DNA from: Entomortierella parvispora E1425
Lineage: Eukaryota; Fungi; Mortierellomycota
DNA length: 64,000 bases
Assembly (NCBI GenBank): GCA_020891255.1
Contig: BQFW01000012.1
Span: 2,232,001 to 2,296,000 of the forward strand
Reading direction: 5' to 3'
This document shows positions 11,373-24,300 of this stretch, piece after piece (positions within the stretch are counted from its first letter, which is position 1; each line of letters opens with the position of its first letter). Made by a program: the position numbers and the translations under genes. Below the pieces are notes generated by a model. The model saw only the letters and a program-made list of their open reading frames with translations. It was not told where the DNA came from and ran no database searches.

Positions 11373-14300
11373 CTACAGCTCGAGCCACATGCCACCGCAG
11401 ATACATGCTCGGTCATAGTTGTGGTACCAGATCGTCGCTGATGTGATGTCCACTCCAGTTGGGCTCGTCCCTGGTGCCTGCGTTGGCGATCGTCGTGGCA
11501 GGCCAACCTTGGTGACGCCGCTGTTTGTCGTTGAAGTTTGAAGGCATCTAAACATGAATAGAAGGGGTTCATTTGGTTAACCATGCTGCCCTCAACGATG
11601 CCCTCCTGAAATCATTCAATCGTCTCCCTACCTGATGCATTGCCGTCCGTTTCCAATTGCCTTGAACTTCTTGACTTTGCGGATCGGATCATTGCCATAG
11701 CGCCTCTTGCGGACCTGAGCTTCGATCTCTGATTGCGAAAACACCTGGAACTCAGTCGGTTGAAGATCAACAGGGGCAAAGTGTCCGCTCAATCCCAACA
11801 TAGCTAACCGTCCCCCTCTCACGTCGCTTCTCTCCATTCCCGAACTAGACCGTTCGTCGCTGAGCACAGGGAGCAAAGTCCATTCTGATCGCGTTTTCCG
11901 GGAGATCAACTTTGCCTCCCGTTGTAGCCATGGAGTTTTGGTGGTCACGGAAGAGGGCAAGTGTGACCCAACCTTGCTATTTCTGCGTGAACCACCTCCT
12001 GCTGAGCTTTCACGCATGTCCTCATCGGAATCCATATATTCGTCCTCCTCCTCTGCTTCCTCCTCTGCCTGTTGATCATCATCTGGAACAATCTCGGCAC
12101 CATGACCATTGCTCAAATGTTGGGATCGGTGACTCTGATGTTGACCATTCTCACTCCAGCTCTGCCATGCTGGCATTAAAGCCTCCTGATCCTCGCTATC
12201 GTTCTTGCTGCCTTGCTCGTCCTTGCTATATCGTCTCTCGTCATCCATTAAGCCCCACAGAGAAGAGGCAAATGAAAAAGAGGATCCCTGAAAGTCGAAT
12301 GGCCCACCATAAGAAACAGATCCTGTAATAGCCATGGTAGACGAAGAGTCACCAAAGGACTGATACCTCGGCTGTTGATTCGATTGCTGGGACAGAGGTA
12401 GCTCTCCCGGTGACTCTGAAAAGATTTTGGGTTGGATGCCCACTCTAGTGCCAGATGCGCTGCTGATGGATCCGCGAGATCCCAAGGAGGCATTGCTGAC
12501 GTTGGAGGGTAGGTGGTGAAGTCCTTGCACTGAGTGTCGACCAGCCATTAGGGTTGAGGCACCCCGAGGTTTGAGTGCAGCAACCGGGTCAATACGGCAG
12601 CGAACAGGGTGCATGGCCGCAGCTCTGTTGCGAACGCCCCGGGTATCTGTCAGGGTGTTTGTTGGCTCCAGCTCTAGCCAATGAAGAGTTGCAAACATGA
12701 GTTTGTTCATATTCCAGAGAGTCGGGTACCTCCGCGTCATATTCCGCAAATCAGTCTTTGTCTGCGCTGCCATCTTGGTGGTCAATGTTGGGATGACTCC
12801 TTTGATGAATATGCTATGATCCGAAGCAGATTTGTCCAGGACGCCTACACCAGCAGCCACTGAAGCTTGACCACCAATACTGTTGAGATCCCGCAATAAG
12901 GACTTGACAAAATCGACTTTGAGAGAGCACCTGGAAAAGGTCATCTCAACATACTGCGACAGATGCGTGATTTGAATTTCCTTCATCGAAATTGCCTCCT
13001 GCACTGTCATCGACTTGATATCCTGATCTGGTCCTGCAGCTTCTACTATTGGTGCCTGAGATTGGAAAACGCGCACAAAGAGTTGCTCCCGATTCTTGAC
13101 GTAAAGTTGGAATTGCTCCATCACCAAGAGGACGGACCGCAGCGCTCTCCGTGCACGACTGTGGTACAGAAAACAAAGCAGGCTAGGCTTTGGCGTTCCT
13201 TCCGTGAGAGTGGGTGGACTTTGACCGTCGGGGACACTTTGCTGATCTGAGGCGGGAGATCCGGGAGTGGAGGCGGACTTCATATTCAAAAATACAGCCA
13301 GTTCCCGAAAGAGTAGTGTACAGAAATCCAACGTCCACCCACAAAGAGGCAATAGTGACCACAACGAGTCCGTCTCAAAAGAGAGCTGTTTCTGTCCAAT
13401 AGGAATGTTGGCGTTGGGGTCCAAATGCTCAGCAACGAGGGGACCAGAGGTACAGCATCCTGAGAACACTTCCCCGATAGACTGGAGATGCATGAAGGCG
13501 CAGATGGCTCTGTACTGAACAATCTTGCTGGGAAGTGCCTGGAAGAGCACCAATTGGAGTGAAAGCATACGTCGCAATACACTTGCCCTGGGCAGGAATG
13601 GCTCCAAGGTCGACGTATCTTCTGCTCCGCTGATCGAGTCGTAGCTCTTTAACACGCCCTCCATAAATTGATCCGCCAAGTCTACGAAAGAAAGTGCAAT
13701 GCTGAGTAAATACCTGTACGCCTTTCAGCCACAATCCAGTCATCGCTTCTTCCTAGAGACATACCAGCATTGTTTTCGTCTTTTGATGCCGCAACAACGA
13801 CGGAAATGATATCCGAGTAATCACTCTCGTTAAGAACCGCCACCACAGCCTGCTGCACAAGAGCTTCGAGGTCGATACCATAACCTAGAATGATTGAACT
13901 CCTGTGTTAACAAACCCCTTCCTAATACTCTTCTGTTCAAGAACTGATCGCCTTTTGAGTGGTACCTGGTGAAGATGATGTTGATAAGCTGAAAATATGA
14001 CCACTTAACGAAGTGCAAAGCAAATGCAGCCCATTTGGGGAAGGTTGCAGTGCTGTCATAGGACATCCATCCACCTCCCGACTAAAACCATCCAGCCAAG
14101 TCAACGGCATATCCGTCAGTCCAGAGAATCGACTACAAAAAAAAATGAAGATCAATATTTGTTGCAACCTCTCATATTAATCACTGATATCCGCCCGGGC
14201 CTCTAAACGTGCTTATGAACATACCTCTCAATTCCAAGGATGCTACCGTCCGAAAATCCTAGTACTAACTCCCTACTCCTGGGAACGAATGTCATTGCTG

Positions 14301-16211
14301 AAATAAACTTGTCGCTGAAAAGACGTTCTCCCAGAAGCACAAATGTCTAGTGTGATACGACAAGAGATCAGTTATTTGTTCAAATGAAGCAGGGTCTACC
14401 AAGAAGATGTACCAGTAAACAAGGAAGGAGCCTGTTGGTACTTACCAAAGTTGGTTGTCCAGAGACGCCATCAGTCCTGCGCGTTGACAACTCTTGGAAG
14501 GCTGGGTGAAAGCCCATGAGTTTTGGTGCCACATCCCAGATCGCTACCTGGCTCTTGTATACCGGAGATCCAGCTGTGAGTTCTACTCGATGGTAAGCAA
14601 AACATGTTAGCAAAAAAGTTGAAGGAAATTTGGAGGTATCTCTTTCGAGAGCTCTTGACATTTTTTCTCTCTTCCCGTAAATATTCATTACCATCTCTTG
14701 AAGCAAGTGCTACAGCGACTGAGAAAGGGCGTCCCAAAGTCGGAGGCAGCAACTGCAAGTGTTGTACTATTGAAGGTGACATTGTTGATCCAGGACCTGA
14801 CAGGGGAGTTGTGATATGAAGGACAGCCAAAGCATCACACCGGAATACTGCTTCCGGCGAGAAACGAAGGTCAATCTGGTATAGGTGGATGGTTGAGGGT
14901 AACGCCTGGCTGGCATGTGTCGCCAAATAGATCCCGTCGGCTAGAGATGAGCATATGATTAGTTTCGTTTTCTTAGACTTTTGTTGTATCCTTCATCTAC
15001 CAGCTTAAAACTATAAACCTACCACCACTCATCATAGATCCATGAGATATCCGAGAAGATGTCATATCCGTATCGATCGAGCGTCGAGGTAATGGGGTCG
15101 TAATGGTTGTAAAGAGCTGCCCAGCGGGTTTGTAAAGTGTCGTCAGCTATGAATGGCGAGAATAAAGTCAGAAATTCCGTCCAAAATATATATATATAAA
15201 AAAAAAGAGGTTTCTTGCAGATGTTCTTATTTCGCAATGGAGTCTTCTTACCAGACCGTCACTGGTCAAGACAACAAGTGACAAAGGGTTCCTGGATCGG
15301 CCTGTCCGCTCACGTTCGTATCGGGTCGACCCATCGGTTTTAGAGGCCACGTACTGTAACAGAGTGGAACAATAACAACAAGTTAAACACCGAGATCATT
15401 GAAGTGTGTTCCTGGTGACTTACAGTTTGCAACATTACCATTCGATCGGGGTTGATCCACTCGCAACAAACGACGGGATTGAACAGGACGACCATGTACA
15501 CAGGGAGCCAGGCGTTGAGGTATCGCTGTAGAGTAAAAATATATGGAACTCGTATTAGAATGGAGCGAGATCAAGGCATCTCTACAGCTCTCATCGACTT
15601 CTTCTTGCGGCTGTCCGTTTTCCTCAAAGGGAGTTGTTACCTTGTTTGCCCAAATGACGATTTTGCCCTTCTCATCCATAGTAGCGAAGTAGCTCCCTGA
15701 ATGGTTCCAAAGCACTTGGGTAATGTTGCTCTGTCCGTGAAACATAGAGATATCCTCCAGACATGTATCCCAGAGCTTTGCCTTGCCTTCCGCGCTCATC
15801 AACAACGACAACAATCGCAGAGACGGACTGAAAAAAACAGAACGGACTGATTAGATAAAAGTAGACGTGGGGAGACGGCTCTTTGACTTCGACCCCCCTC
15901 TTTCCTGCTTCTCCTCGAGCACCTCCTCCCAAGTGAAGGTCTACTTACTTCATAAGCCCGGGTACTTTTCTGTCTGGGACCCAAGAGGGCACGATCGCCA
16001 CATTCTTGGAAGACCATGCGATCGGCCTAAACACGAGTTGATTGCAGCACATTGAACATTAGTGAAAAGAAGAATAAACCTCCAGTTAACCAAGGTCGTG
16101 GTCGATTTACCTCTGATGACCTCCATGCCTCAACGAAGCGTACAGTCCATCTGTAGACTGATTAGGGGGCAGAAATGAGGAGAGGGTCTGCGCGAGGTCC
16201 ACAGGCGTCAT
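11373..16211 (-). CDS. MED16: Mediator of RNA polymerase II transcription subunit 16 (Med16/Sin4)
   Basis: About 13 exons traced with GT-AG junctions (first 16111-16211, largest 11632-13681, last 11373-11547). N-terminal PIAWSSKN and WD-like segments (VLWNHSGSYFATMDEKGKIVIW; TALQPSPNGLHL). The spliced C-terminus RQCIR|CLQ...YDRACICGGMW is the Med16-type Cys-rich end. Confidence 0.85.
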
Positions 16212-16277
16212 TTCAGGAAGCGCGATTGACTGGAAGTGTGTCGTCGCTGTGCGGTGCCTGATTGAGATGGAATGAAA

Positions 16278-16319
16278 AATGAAGAATGAAGAATGAAGAA
16301 CGAAGAATGAAGAATGAAA
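16278..16319. repeat. 7-bp tandem repeat (AATGAAG)x6, imperfect, in the MED16 leader region
   Basis: aatgaag aatgaag aatgaag aacgaag aatgaag aatgaaa read directly. Confidence 0.85.
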
Positions 16320-16838
16320 AAAGGCACGATCGAGTGATGAGACGAGGAGGGGTGCAGGAGGGAGGTCGAAGCTGGGTTCCTCGGAGGTGGCTGTCAAGGA
16401 CAGAGAAAGACACACACACACACGCACACACGCAAGAAAGGAATGAGGCAAAGAGATGAACTGAAATGGCATCATGGCAAGGCGACTTTAATTTGGGTGG
16501 CTGAAAAACAAAAAGGAAAAAGGCGGGGGGGGGGAAAGGGACGCGTCTGTGGGGAGAACAGTGGGCTGCTCCCCTTCTCTTTTCTTTTCTCTCCTCTCTT
16601 CTTGCCCCTTTCCTCTCCTCGCTTTGCTGGCCTGTTCTCCAGGCTGCGATGCTCATGCTGACCCCCGTTCACAGTCAACCCCTCCCTAGGAGGGAACAGC
16701 CACACAACAGTGCACAGAACTTGTACCGTTGAAGAGCTCGGGAATATTATGTACATGGGAGCTATGGCAACAGCAAGGACAAAAAACACAAAAAAAAAAC
16801 AAGAAAGCTACTTGCTACAAACTGTCTCAATGGGTGAT

Positions 16839-18885
16839 TCAAAGGTCATGGAAGATCACTCCTGCAACAATGCCAACCTCGTACTCTTCTTCGTCATCGT
16901 CGTCCACCGAACGCAATGCTCGGACAGCGTCCTGCACTGCCTTTCGTGAGACCATTCTCGGGAAACCTACGTAAAGAAAGACAGCAAGACATTCAAGGTA
17001 TGAGGGACTTGTCGACAGTAAAACAGGGATTGAGATCCAATGACCAAAAGTAGCTTACCAAGTCCTCCTTCGTAGCCTGAGAACCATTGGACCAAGTCCT
17101 GCTTCGCAAGACAGTCGCCGTTCTCTGTAGCCAGGAAAAGAGTAACATGTCGTCGAACCACTGGCAATCCAGAAGAGCCAGAGATGGATCGGCGAGACGA
17201 GAAAGATCCTCTCATGGGCGATGGCAACGATCCATTGTCACTTGACAAAGTAGAGAAGTCAATGGCTACCGATCCTCGCCTGTTGATCGCAGCATTAGCA
17301 CCGCCTTCCTGCTGCAAATACAAACCGATGTACTCGCTGTCTCGGTGGCGATCACCTCGTCCATGCTAACCAAAGAAAAAATGAGTAAACGAAACGACAG
17401 CGTTAGTGACGGGACAGGGTTTCTTGGCATCTGAGTATCGACAAGAGAGTGACAGCAATGATTGTCCTCATCGAATCCAATTAGCGAGTGGTCCCAAGAG
17501 AGGGTCTCCATAAGCTGCGGAGTGTAGGGATTGAGGTCGAGCAAAAGCGAGCTGAAGGTGGTATGGCCTTCTTCAACAGTGACAGAGAAAGAGAAAGTAG
17601 GCGAAAATGAAGAACAAAAAGGAAGGCAGGCAGTGAAGAAACGCAGACAAAGATAAAGACCTGTCAGTTTAACGGGGATCCTTTGATCACTCGCCATTGC
17701 AGAGTCGATTGTCCTTTGTGCTGTCTTTAAAGAATGAACCCTTCCTTTCTTCTTTCTCTTTCGCAGTGCAACTGAGCACCGGTGAGGCGTATCCAAAGTT
17801 GGAATAGATAACAAAGAAATGGGTCAAGGGGCTCTTACCGGGTAGAGGCGGAGCCGCCAGGAGCTACTGCCAGGAGCCGCTGCATGGGCGCCGATGCCGG
17901 CACTGCTGCTGTAGCTACCGTTGTGCATGGAGGGTGGCCGGGGTGCGGCCCCTTGACGCGTGTTTGCAACAATAATGGCCGCTGCTGCTTCCGTGGCCGG
18001 GTCTGTGGCATTCGTGTTTGTGACCGGGAGCGACGAGACCATGTGATAGTCCTCGTTATCTACGCCCTTGTGTCCGCTGGGAACAACCGTGGCCGATTGC
18101 TGCGGCTGGCTCTGGCTCTCTTTAAACTCAAAGATACGCGAACGCACAAAGCGATCAGAGAACGAAAACTCGCTCAGCTTTCCCAGGGGCCAGAAATGAG
18201 CCTTGTCCGTCGTGTGCGAGGCCATGTTGGGATGGACCTCGCGTCTGATAAGGGCCTCGACCGCCACTGGGTCGGAACAGGGCATCGAAGGCACCGTCGA
18301 GGCAGAGCCTGGAGGGGTGTGCATCGTGGATGAGAAGGAGGCTCGGTGGCTGCCACTGGCATGAAGTGGACTATGCGGTGGGGTCCTAGTCGACTTTGGT
18401 ACGGGAATGGGAGCCAGGAGGATGTGTTGAGAAAGTGAACGCTCGTTCTGGATTTGTTCTCGGTGGTGCTCAGCCAGTCGCCTTTTGCCAAGGTCCTGTG
18501 GAAGTGGGGGCTGGTCGAGGTTGGAACGCTGAGAGGATCGCGAAGGGTTCTCATGGGCAGCAGGGACCTGCTCAGAGTCACTCTCGTCGCTGACCTCAGG
18601 GCTTGGATGGGCACTGACAAAGGTTTTGGATTGAGGCTGCTGGTCGACGAGAGGCGACGATTCAAAGGTTAAAGACATGTCCATCTCCAAATCCTTGTCG
18701 CTCGAGTCGAAAGGGTGCTGCTGTTGCTGGGAAGCTTGCTGCTGCTGCTGCTGCTGCTGGAGAAAGTGAGAGGCAGGCAACAAGTTCAGCTTTGGGAGGG
18801 AAGAACCTCTGAAGCGCTGAGAGAATTCAGTCATTGTCGTGTATCGAGAGTGAAGGTTTGTATCACGAGGTCGTGTTGGTGGCAA
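16839..18885 (-). CDS. MATH/TRAF-domain protein, about 493 aa, disordered N-terminus; no partner domain recognised
   Basis: Exons 17839-18885, 17059-17365, 16839-16966 (1482 nt, in phase). Splicing assembles MATH signatures: HFWPLGKLSEFS...RSRIFEF, WRLRLYP|HG...EYIGLYL and GGL|GFPRMVSR. The start could instead be the Met at 18834. Confidence 0.7.
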
Positions 18886-19247
18886 TGGTGCAGGCTAATT
18901 GTGTCGCTGTGTTTAAGATATGCAAGGGACAGGTGTGGCCGATGACGAGCAATGGTGAGGCTGTGTGCAGGGTGCAGAGAACCAGAGCGGATGCGTCTAC
19001 GGACAGATTGTTTGTTAGGAAGGTGTGTTGTAGAAAAGGGGAGAGAGGTCAGCGATGTGGGTCAAAAATGTACGAGTGTGGGACGGAAGGCAGGTAGGAA
19101 GACTGGGAAAGACGGCAGGAGAGGAAGAAGAAGAAGAAGAAGGGAAGAAGGGAAGACGGAAGACGAAAGCAAAAAAAAAGGAGAGAAGCGAACAGTTGGG
19201 AAAAGGAAGCAGAGAAAGAGGTGAAAACGAAGCGAATCAACCCGTCC

Positions 19248-19255
19248 CTTTTATA
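19248..19255 (-). promoter_or_regulatory. TATA-box-like element upstream of the MATH-domain gene
   Basis: TATAAAAG on the minus strand, followed by a CT-rich leader, about 360 nt before the ATG. Confidence 0.4.
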
Positions 19256-20903
19256 GCTGGGGATGGATGGGATTGCAGAGATTGCACGATCACCTTCCTT
19301 TTTCACTTCTTTCCCTTCTTTCCCTTGCTTCCTTCCATATTCCTTCCTGTCAGACAATGTGCATCAGTCCAGCTCTTTTCCTCCTGCTCTTTCATCTGTC
19401 TTGTCTTGGTCACGCTCAGCTCTCTTCGTTTTTATTCTTGATTGCATACAATTTGCTCCGAGGACGATGGGCCCTAAAGGCCACTTGGAGCTACGGGTCG
19501 GCTAGCTTCTTAGAGCTTGTTGCCCGCTGCATACAGAGATGGAGCGAGACTGAGGCAGGGCCCATCTCTCTTGATCTCTATGCCGGCTCTCCCCTTGCCA
19601 TCCTCACCTTGCAGGACCCAAGAAATCAAAAGCTGCAGCAGATGCTCACATGGTCATTCACCAATCGGTACCCGCCACCCAGCCAGTCAGCCAGTCAGCT
19701 ACGATCTCCGAGACGACTCGCTCTTGACCCTCCAGCTATCTGGATCATCCTCTGTCCTGTTACCAGGATTTGCGCTCGTCTCGAAGAGTCTCCTTTGACC
19801 TTGCTGTGTTTCTCCTTGATTTACTCGGCTATCGGGAACTCTCGAGATAAACAGCCTTAACATGCGCAGACAATGACAGATTGCCTTTTTGGACGCAGGA
19901 AAAATTGTCCGAAGCCGCGTAAAACTCCACAAGTCCCGGCGACGACCACAAAAAAAAAAATCATCACCCTTTCATCGTCACGCTCTGTCCCTTTGTACAA
20001 TTGCACAATTGCACAATTCCACACAGACACACCATGGTCGACTGACCTTCCCTTGATTTTTTTTTATCTCTGTGGATGACCTTCTCGCTTTGGTGAGTGT
20101 GAGAAATAGGCAATTGCGCCCCAATTGGGAAGATTTCAGCTCTCAGCGCAACACAGCGCAGACCCTCGTCCTTTCTGTTTTATCTTGGGAAGAACTTTGA
20201 GGGGACACAAAGGGGGACAAAAGGAAAAAACGGGAACACAAACCTTGCATCTTTCGAGCATGTGGGCAACTCTCCCACTTTTACTTGTATTTTTTTTTCT
20301 GCTTGCTAGTTGCATATCTCTATCCCGGCGATGTTGGAAGAGGAAGGACAAAAGGGAAGGAGTACACCCTGAGGGCAGGGCAATTGCGGTAAGGATTAGG
20401 TCGAATGCCACTCTTCCCAACCTGCGAGGGGCAGGGAGAAGGGCAAACGAAAAAATATATAAAGTAAAAAAACCCTCCGCATTATTGTCTGCTTATCCTA
20501 CTGACCTCGTGCCAAACCACTCTCTCGTTCCAACCTGATTTCCTGCAGATGCTCTCAGCTTTCTCACATCAGAGAGGGAAGACCGGATCATGTTCAACAG
20601 GGGGTGGTGCACGAATTGAAGGCCCTCGATTACGCACGCTTCTCAACGACAGGGCATATGTCCTTCTCGCTCGCTGTGGTTGTTTATTCCCTGGACGATC
20701 TCCACCAACTCCATTTCACTCCTAGCTTTTGATCATCTTGCATTCCTGTGGTCGTCGTTCATGTCGTTGTTTTCTCTTATATCTAGGGGGGTGGACCCCC
20801 CGGCGCCTCCCCTCATCCTCCTTCTTGTTCGTCCCCTTTTCGAACTTCCCGAATTCTCTTTACCTGAATTCGCCCAAATTTCCTCGGCGGTTGGCCTGAA
20901 CTC

Positions 20904-20906
20904 AAA

Positions 20907-20938
<32 letters not shown>

Positions 20939-21059
20939 ACGTCTTGCGCCGCTTCATCGCGAAACAGCATCGTTCCCTAGACCCATCACGTGTTACAAAA
21001 GTCCAAAACGAACAACTGCAGTCAACCCTCCCTCCCTCCCTCCCTCCCTCCCTCCCCCC
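20904..21059. repeat. A26 homopolymer plus (CCTC)n microsatellite in a long intergenic region
   Basis: A run at 20904-20929; ccctccctccctc... at about 21026-21059. Confidence 0.85.
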
Positions 21060-22027
21060 TTGCTTCTATTTTCTTCCAAGTCAAGTTTAGAAGAGCAGCC
21101 CGAAACACCACAGCCGCCACCTCAATTACCCGTCATTCTTTCATGGAAGGGGCTGGACACTTGAATCCAGTCCAGGCTGGAGAATGAAGGATGTTGCCAT
21201 GAGCAAATACAACCACTAGAGACAGAAATGATACCCAGGATTATCCCGGTGAGCAGTTGTTGAGATTCAGGCTTTTTTATACATATATTAAGGCAGAGAG
21301 CTTTCGAGCCCAGCTCCTGGGAGGCTGTATTTGCGCCCGAAATACGAAATGACAGAGACAACGACAGAAAGACACAGAGTGAAAACTGAAGCAAAAGATA
21401 CGTGCGTTTACAATAATAATATCCCATCGGCTATTTCTACACATTCAAGGAACCAGATATTCGTTTTTCAAGATAACCTGTCAACAGGCTCAAGGGGTAT
21501 ATTCCTATGCTTTTCTAATCTCGTCTACTAGACATCAAGTGGAGTTGTGTTTTTTTTTTTTGCCTTGCGAAGAAAACAAGATGGAATGTAGAAAAAAACA
21601 AGGATGGAAAAAAAGATATCCAAGAACACAAGAAGCTTTTGTCGATCAGAGACCAGCTCCAGTCGACAAAAGACCTCTCAAGTTCTCAAAGATGTCAAAA
21701 TGACTACCTTATTCTCGACAAGGCACTCAGTCTCATAACAGTGCAAAGAAAAGAAACAGAAAGTGACCAGACAAACAGAAACAAAAAAAGAGAGGGTAGG
21801 AACAGCACAACCTTGTCCTATCATCACATCATCATGAAAAGAGCAGAAAAAAAAAAAAGAGGGATACGAATGAGGAGAGAGAGGGAGAGTGATGAAGGGC
21901 CAGCCCTTTTTTTTCTTTTGAAAGATGAAAAACTACAAAATAAAAAAAAAAGACACTCAAGGGGATGTCAAAAACGCAAAAAAGAAAACGATCAACTGCA
22001 CCAAGAAATGGAGGATCTTGACATTCT

Positions 22028-22990
22028 TTAGTGGCTCTTGGCCTTGGGGGACTTGGGCCACTTCAAGTTGCCCTTCATGGGGCAGCGGACGAACTCGTAC
22101 TTGGTGTGGACGACACCCTGGGAGAGGGGAGCGAGGCTCTTGAAGGCGGAGGCAGTCAAGTCGATCTGGTTAGGGGCGCATCCGGCGCAGTCGTCAATGA
22201 TGCGGATAATGACGGAGCGGCGGCCATTGGAGATCTTGGCGCACTCGAAGCAGGCAGTCTTCTCACCACCCTTGTAGAACCGCATGGGAACGGCACCAAT
22301 GTGCCAGCCATCACCAGCGTTGACGTGCGAGTTGCCCATCAAGTCACCGTAGCAAGCAACCTAATAGAATGCAAAAAAAGCAAGCACAACAGCCACATTG
22401 CACAAACACGGACGAGAGTGAAATTGACATGGGACAAGAATGGATAAAAATGGTTAGCGCCTCATCTTCATCTGGATAAACCCCCCTCTGAAACGAACTT
22501 TGTTTCCCAGCAGGCGCAGGTATGTTCATACATACACTCGCACATACACACACACGTACACACACGACTAGGTTCTGCTGTAAAGGGAAATGTTCACCCG
22601 TCTGTCACCTCATTCTCCCCCTGGAAACGGCGCGCATTGAACCGGGGACAGACACTTTGGTTCTGGGGGAGGGGAACTAGTTCATCCTCTGCCCTACTCC
22701 CTCTCTTTTTTTTTGGGGGGGGGGTCCCACTTTCCTCATCTCTTCTCTTCGTGATCCCATCTCCTCATCTGCAGGTCTCAGGAACACAAAAATTTCAATT
22801 ATTTTCAGGGGCGATCACTTACGGCCTTAAGATCGTGTCCGTTGAACCAGGTGGACACACCGTTCATCTTCTTGCCGAAGCGGACAGTGTTGGTGGCACC
22901 GTGGTGACCCTTGTAGTCGCTGGCAGAGACAACGGAGACGAGGGCGATGACTATGGCCATGACCATAGCGGAGAGCTGAGTGAAGTGCAT
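22028..22990 (-). CDS. Secreted RlpA-like double-psi beta-barrel (expansin/loosenin-related) protein, 166 aa
   Basis: Exons 22823-22990 and 22028-22360, phase 0. Hydrophobic signal peptide (MHFTQLSAMVMAIVIALVSVVSA), then STWFNG...ACYG, CFECAKI, VIIRIIDDCAGC and IDLTASAFKSLAPLSQGVV. Confidence 0.88.
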
Positions 22991-24300
22991 GATGAAGAGA
23001 TGTGGGGTTGTGGAGTGGGGTTGTTGGAGGAGGTGCGGGTTAAGGCGAGAGAGTTGGTAAGAGGTGGAGGTGGTGGGGTTTGCAAGTAGTTGCTTGGAAG
23101 GGTGGAGGGGCGTGTAGGGGGAAGGCCGTTTACGAGTCGTGAAAGAGCGATAAAGAAAAAGAAAAAAGAAAAAAAAAGCGGGAACCGCTGTGAGAGATGC
23201 CTCACTTTTTAAAGGAACCCCTGCTGTTCGTCCCCCGGTCAGTGTCTAGCGCGGCCTGTTTGCCCCCGGCCAGTACGCCGGCCAACCTTGGTTGTCTGCC
23301 GCGCCGTTCATGAGAGAGTTATAGTCGCTGGCTGAAATGTCAGTGCTCTCAATCAAGGAATTGGCCAGCCTAGCCCTGCTGAAGAGAATAACAACAAAAC
23401 AAAGCTGTTGAATCGTTTGCCACCAGTGGAATGAGGTCAAATGGACACACACTGGCACAGAGGTGAAAAGGCTCGGGTTTTAATACTGTAAACAAGTGAA
23501 GCCAGCCCATCCCTCCATTGTTTTTGTGCGTTGGGATGAGAGCTTTTTTTTTTGTCAACTTTTTCGACTCCATTGGTTGCAGGCGGCCTGTGTGAGCAAT
23601 TTTTCTCCAAAGAGGGACTTTGCGAAAGAGGGTGAGCAAGAGCAGCAAAGTCAACCCAAAAGGATATCATGGCCAGTCATTCTGGATGCCCTGCCCACTC
23701 TCCCCCTTGTCTCCTTGTCTCTCAACCTCCAAAAAAAGCTGACGGCACGCAACCCTATTAGCCCCAATTAAGTCAAAACTCTCTGTCGAGTTGGACACCA
23801 TGCCCTATCTTTGGCTGACTGTGCCGTTTGGGCCTCCCCTATTAAACGTTTGCATTCATACATGACTAACACTGCCGCGGAGGAACGTGATAGAAAAACA
23901 GGTTGATCGGTCAAGAAGTTATTTTGTTTCATAAGCCTGCATGGCAGAGTGCAGAAAATTGACGATCGGAACCAAAGGTCGGGATTGTCAAAAAAGAACC
24001 ACCCATTTTTTTTCTCTCCAATGTTACATGGATTCCTGTTGTACTCACTCTTTGCCCCAGACAAAGTCAACCACTGTATGAGGGACAAGTCGTTGCTTCT
24101 GCACGGTCTCGCATTCCAATGCTTGGCTGCAGTATTATTAATTGGCGCTGCTCAAACCCACAGGTTTTTGAGCAAAACGCCAAAACAAGGTAATTTGGGC
24201 TTGGGGGCCAAGAAAAAAAAGTGCGGGTATTGGTAATAGTATCTTTGTATCTTTTATGGTGGACGTCAGCAGGGTGACGGGCGGATAAAACTCCTTCAAA

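Noticed and set aside
19267-21531. ORFs of 65-197 aa in the MATH-RlpA intergenic region
   Set aside because: Non-ATG or weak starts, translations dominated by simple repeats, no family signature.
23246-23458. Short minus-strand ORF upstream of the RlpA-like gene containing SASDY, also seen in that protein
   Set aside because: A five-residue match only, with no further similarity or supporting splice sites.
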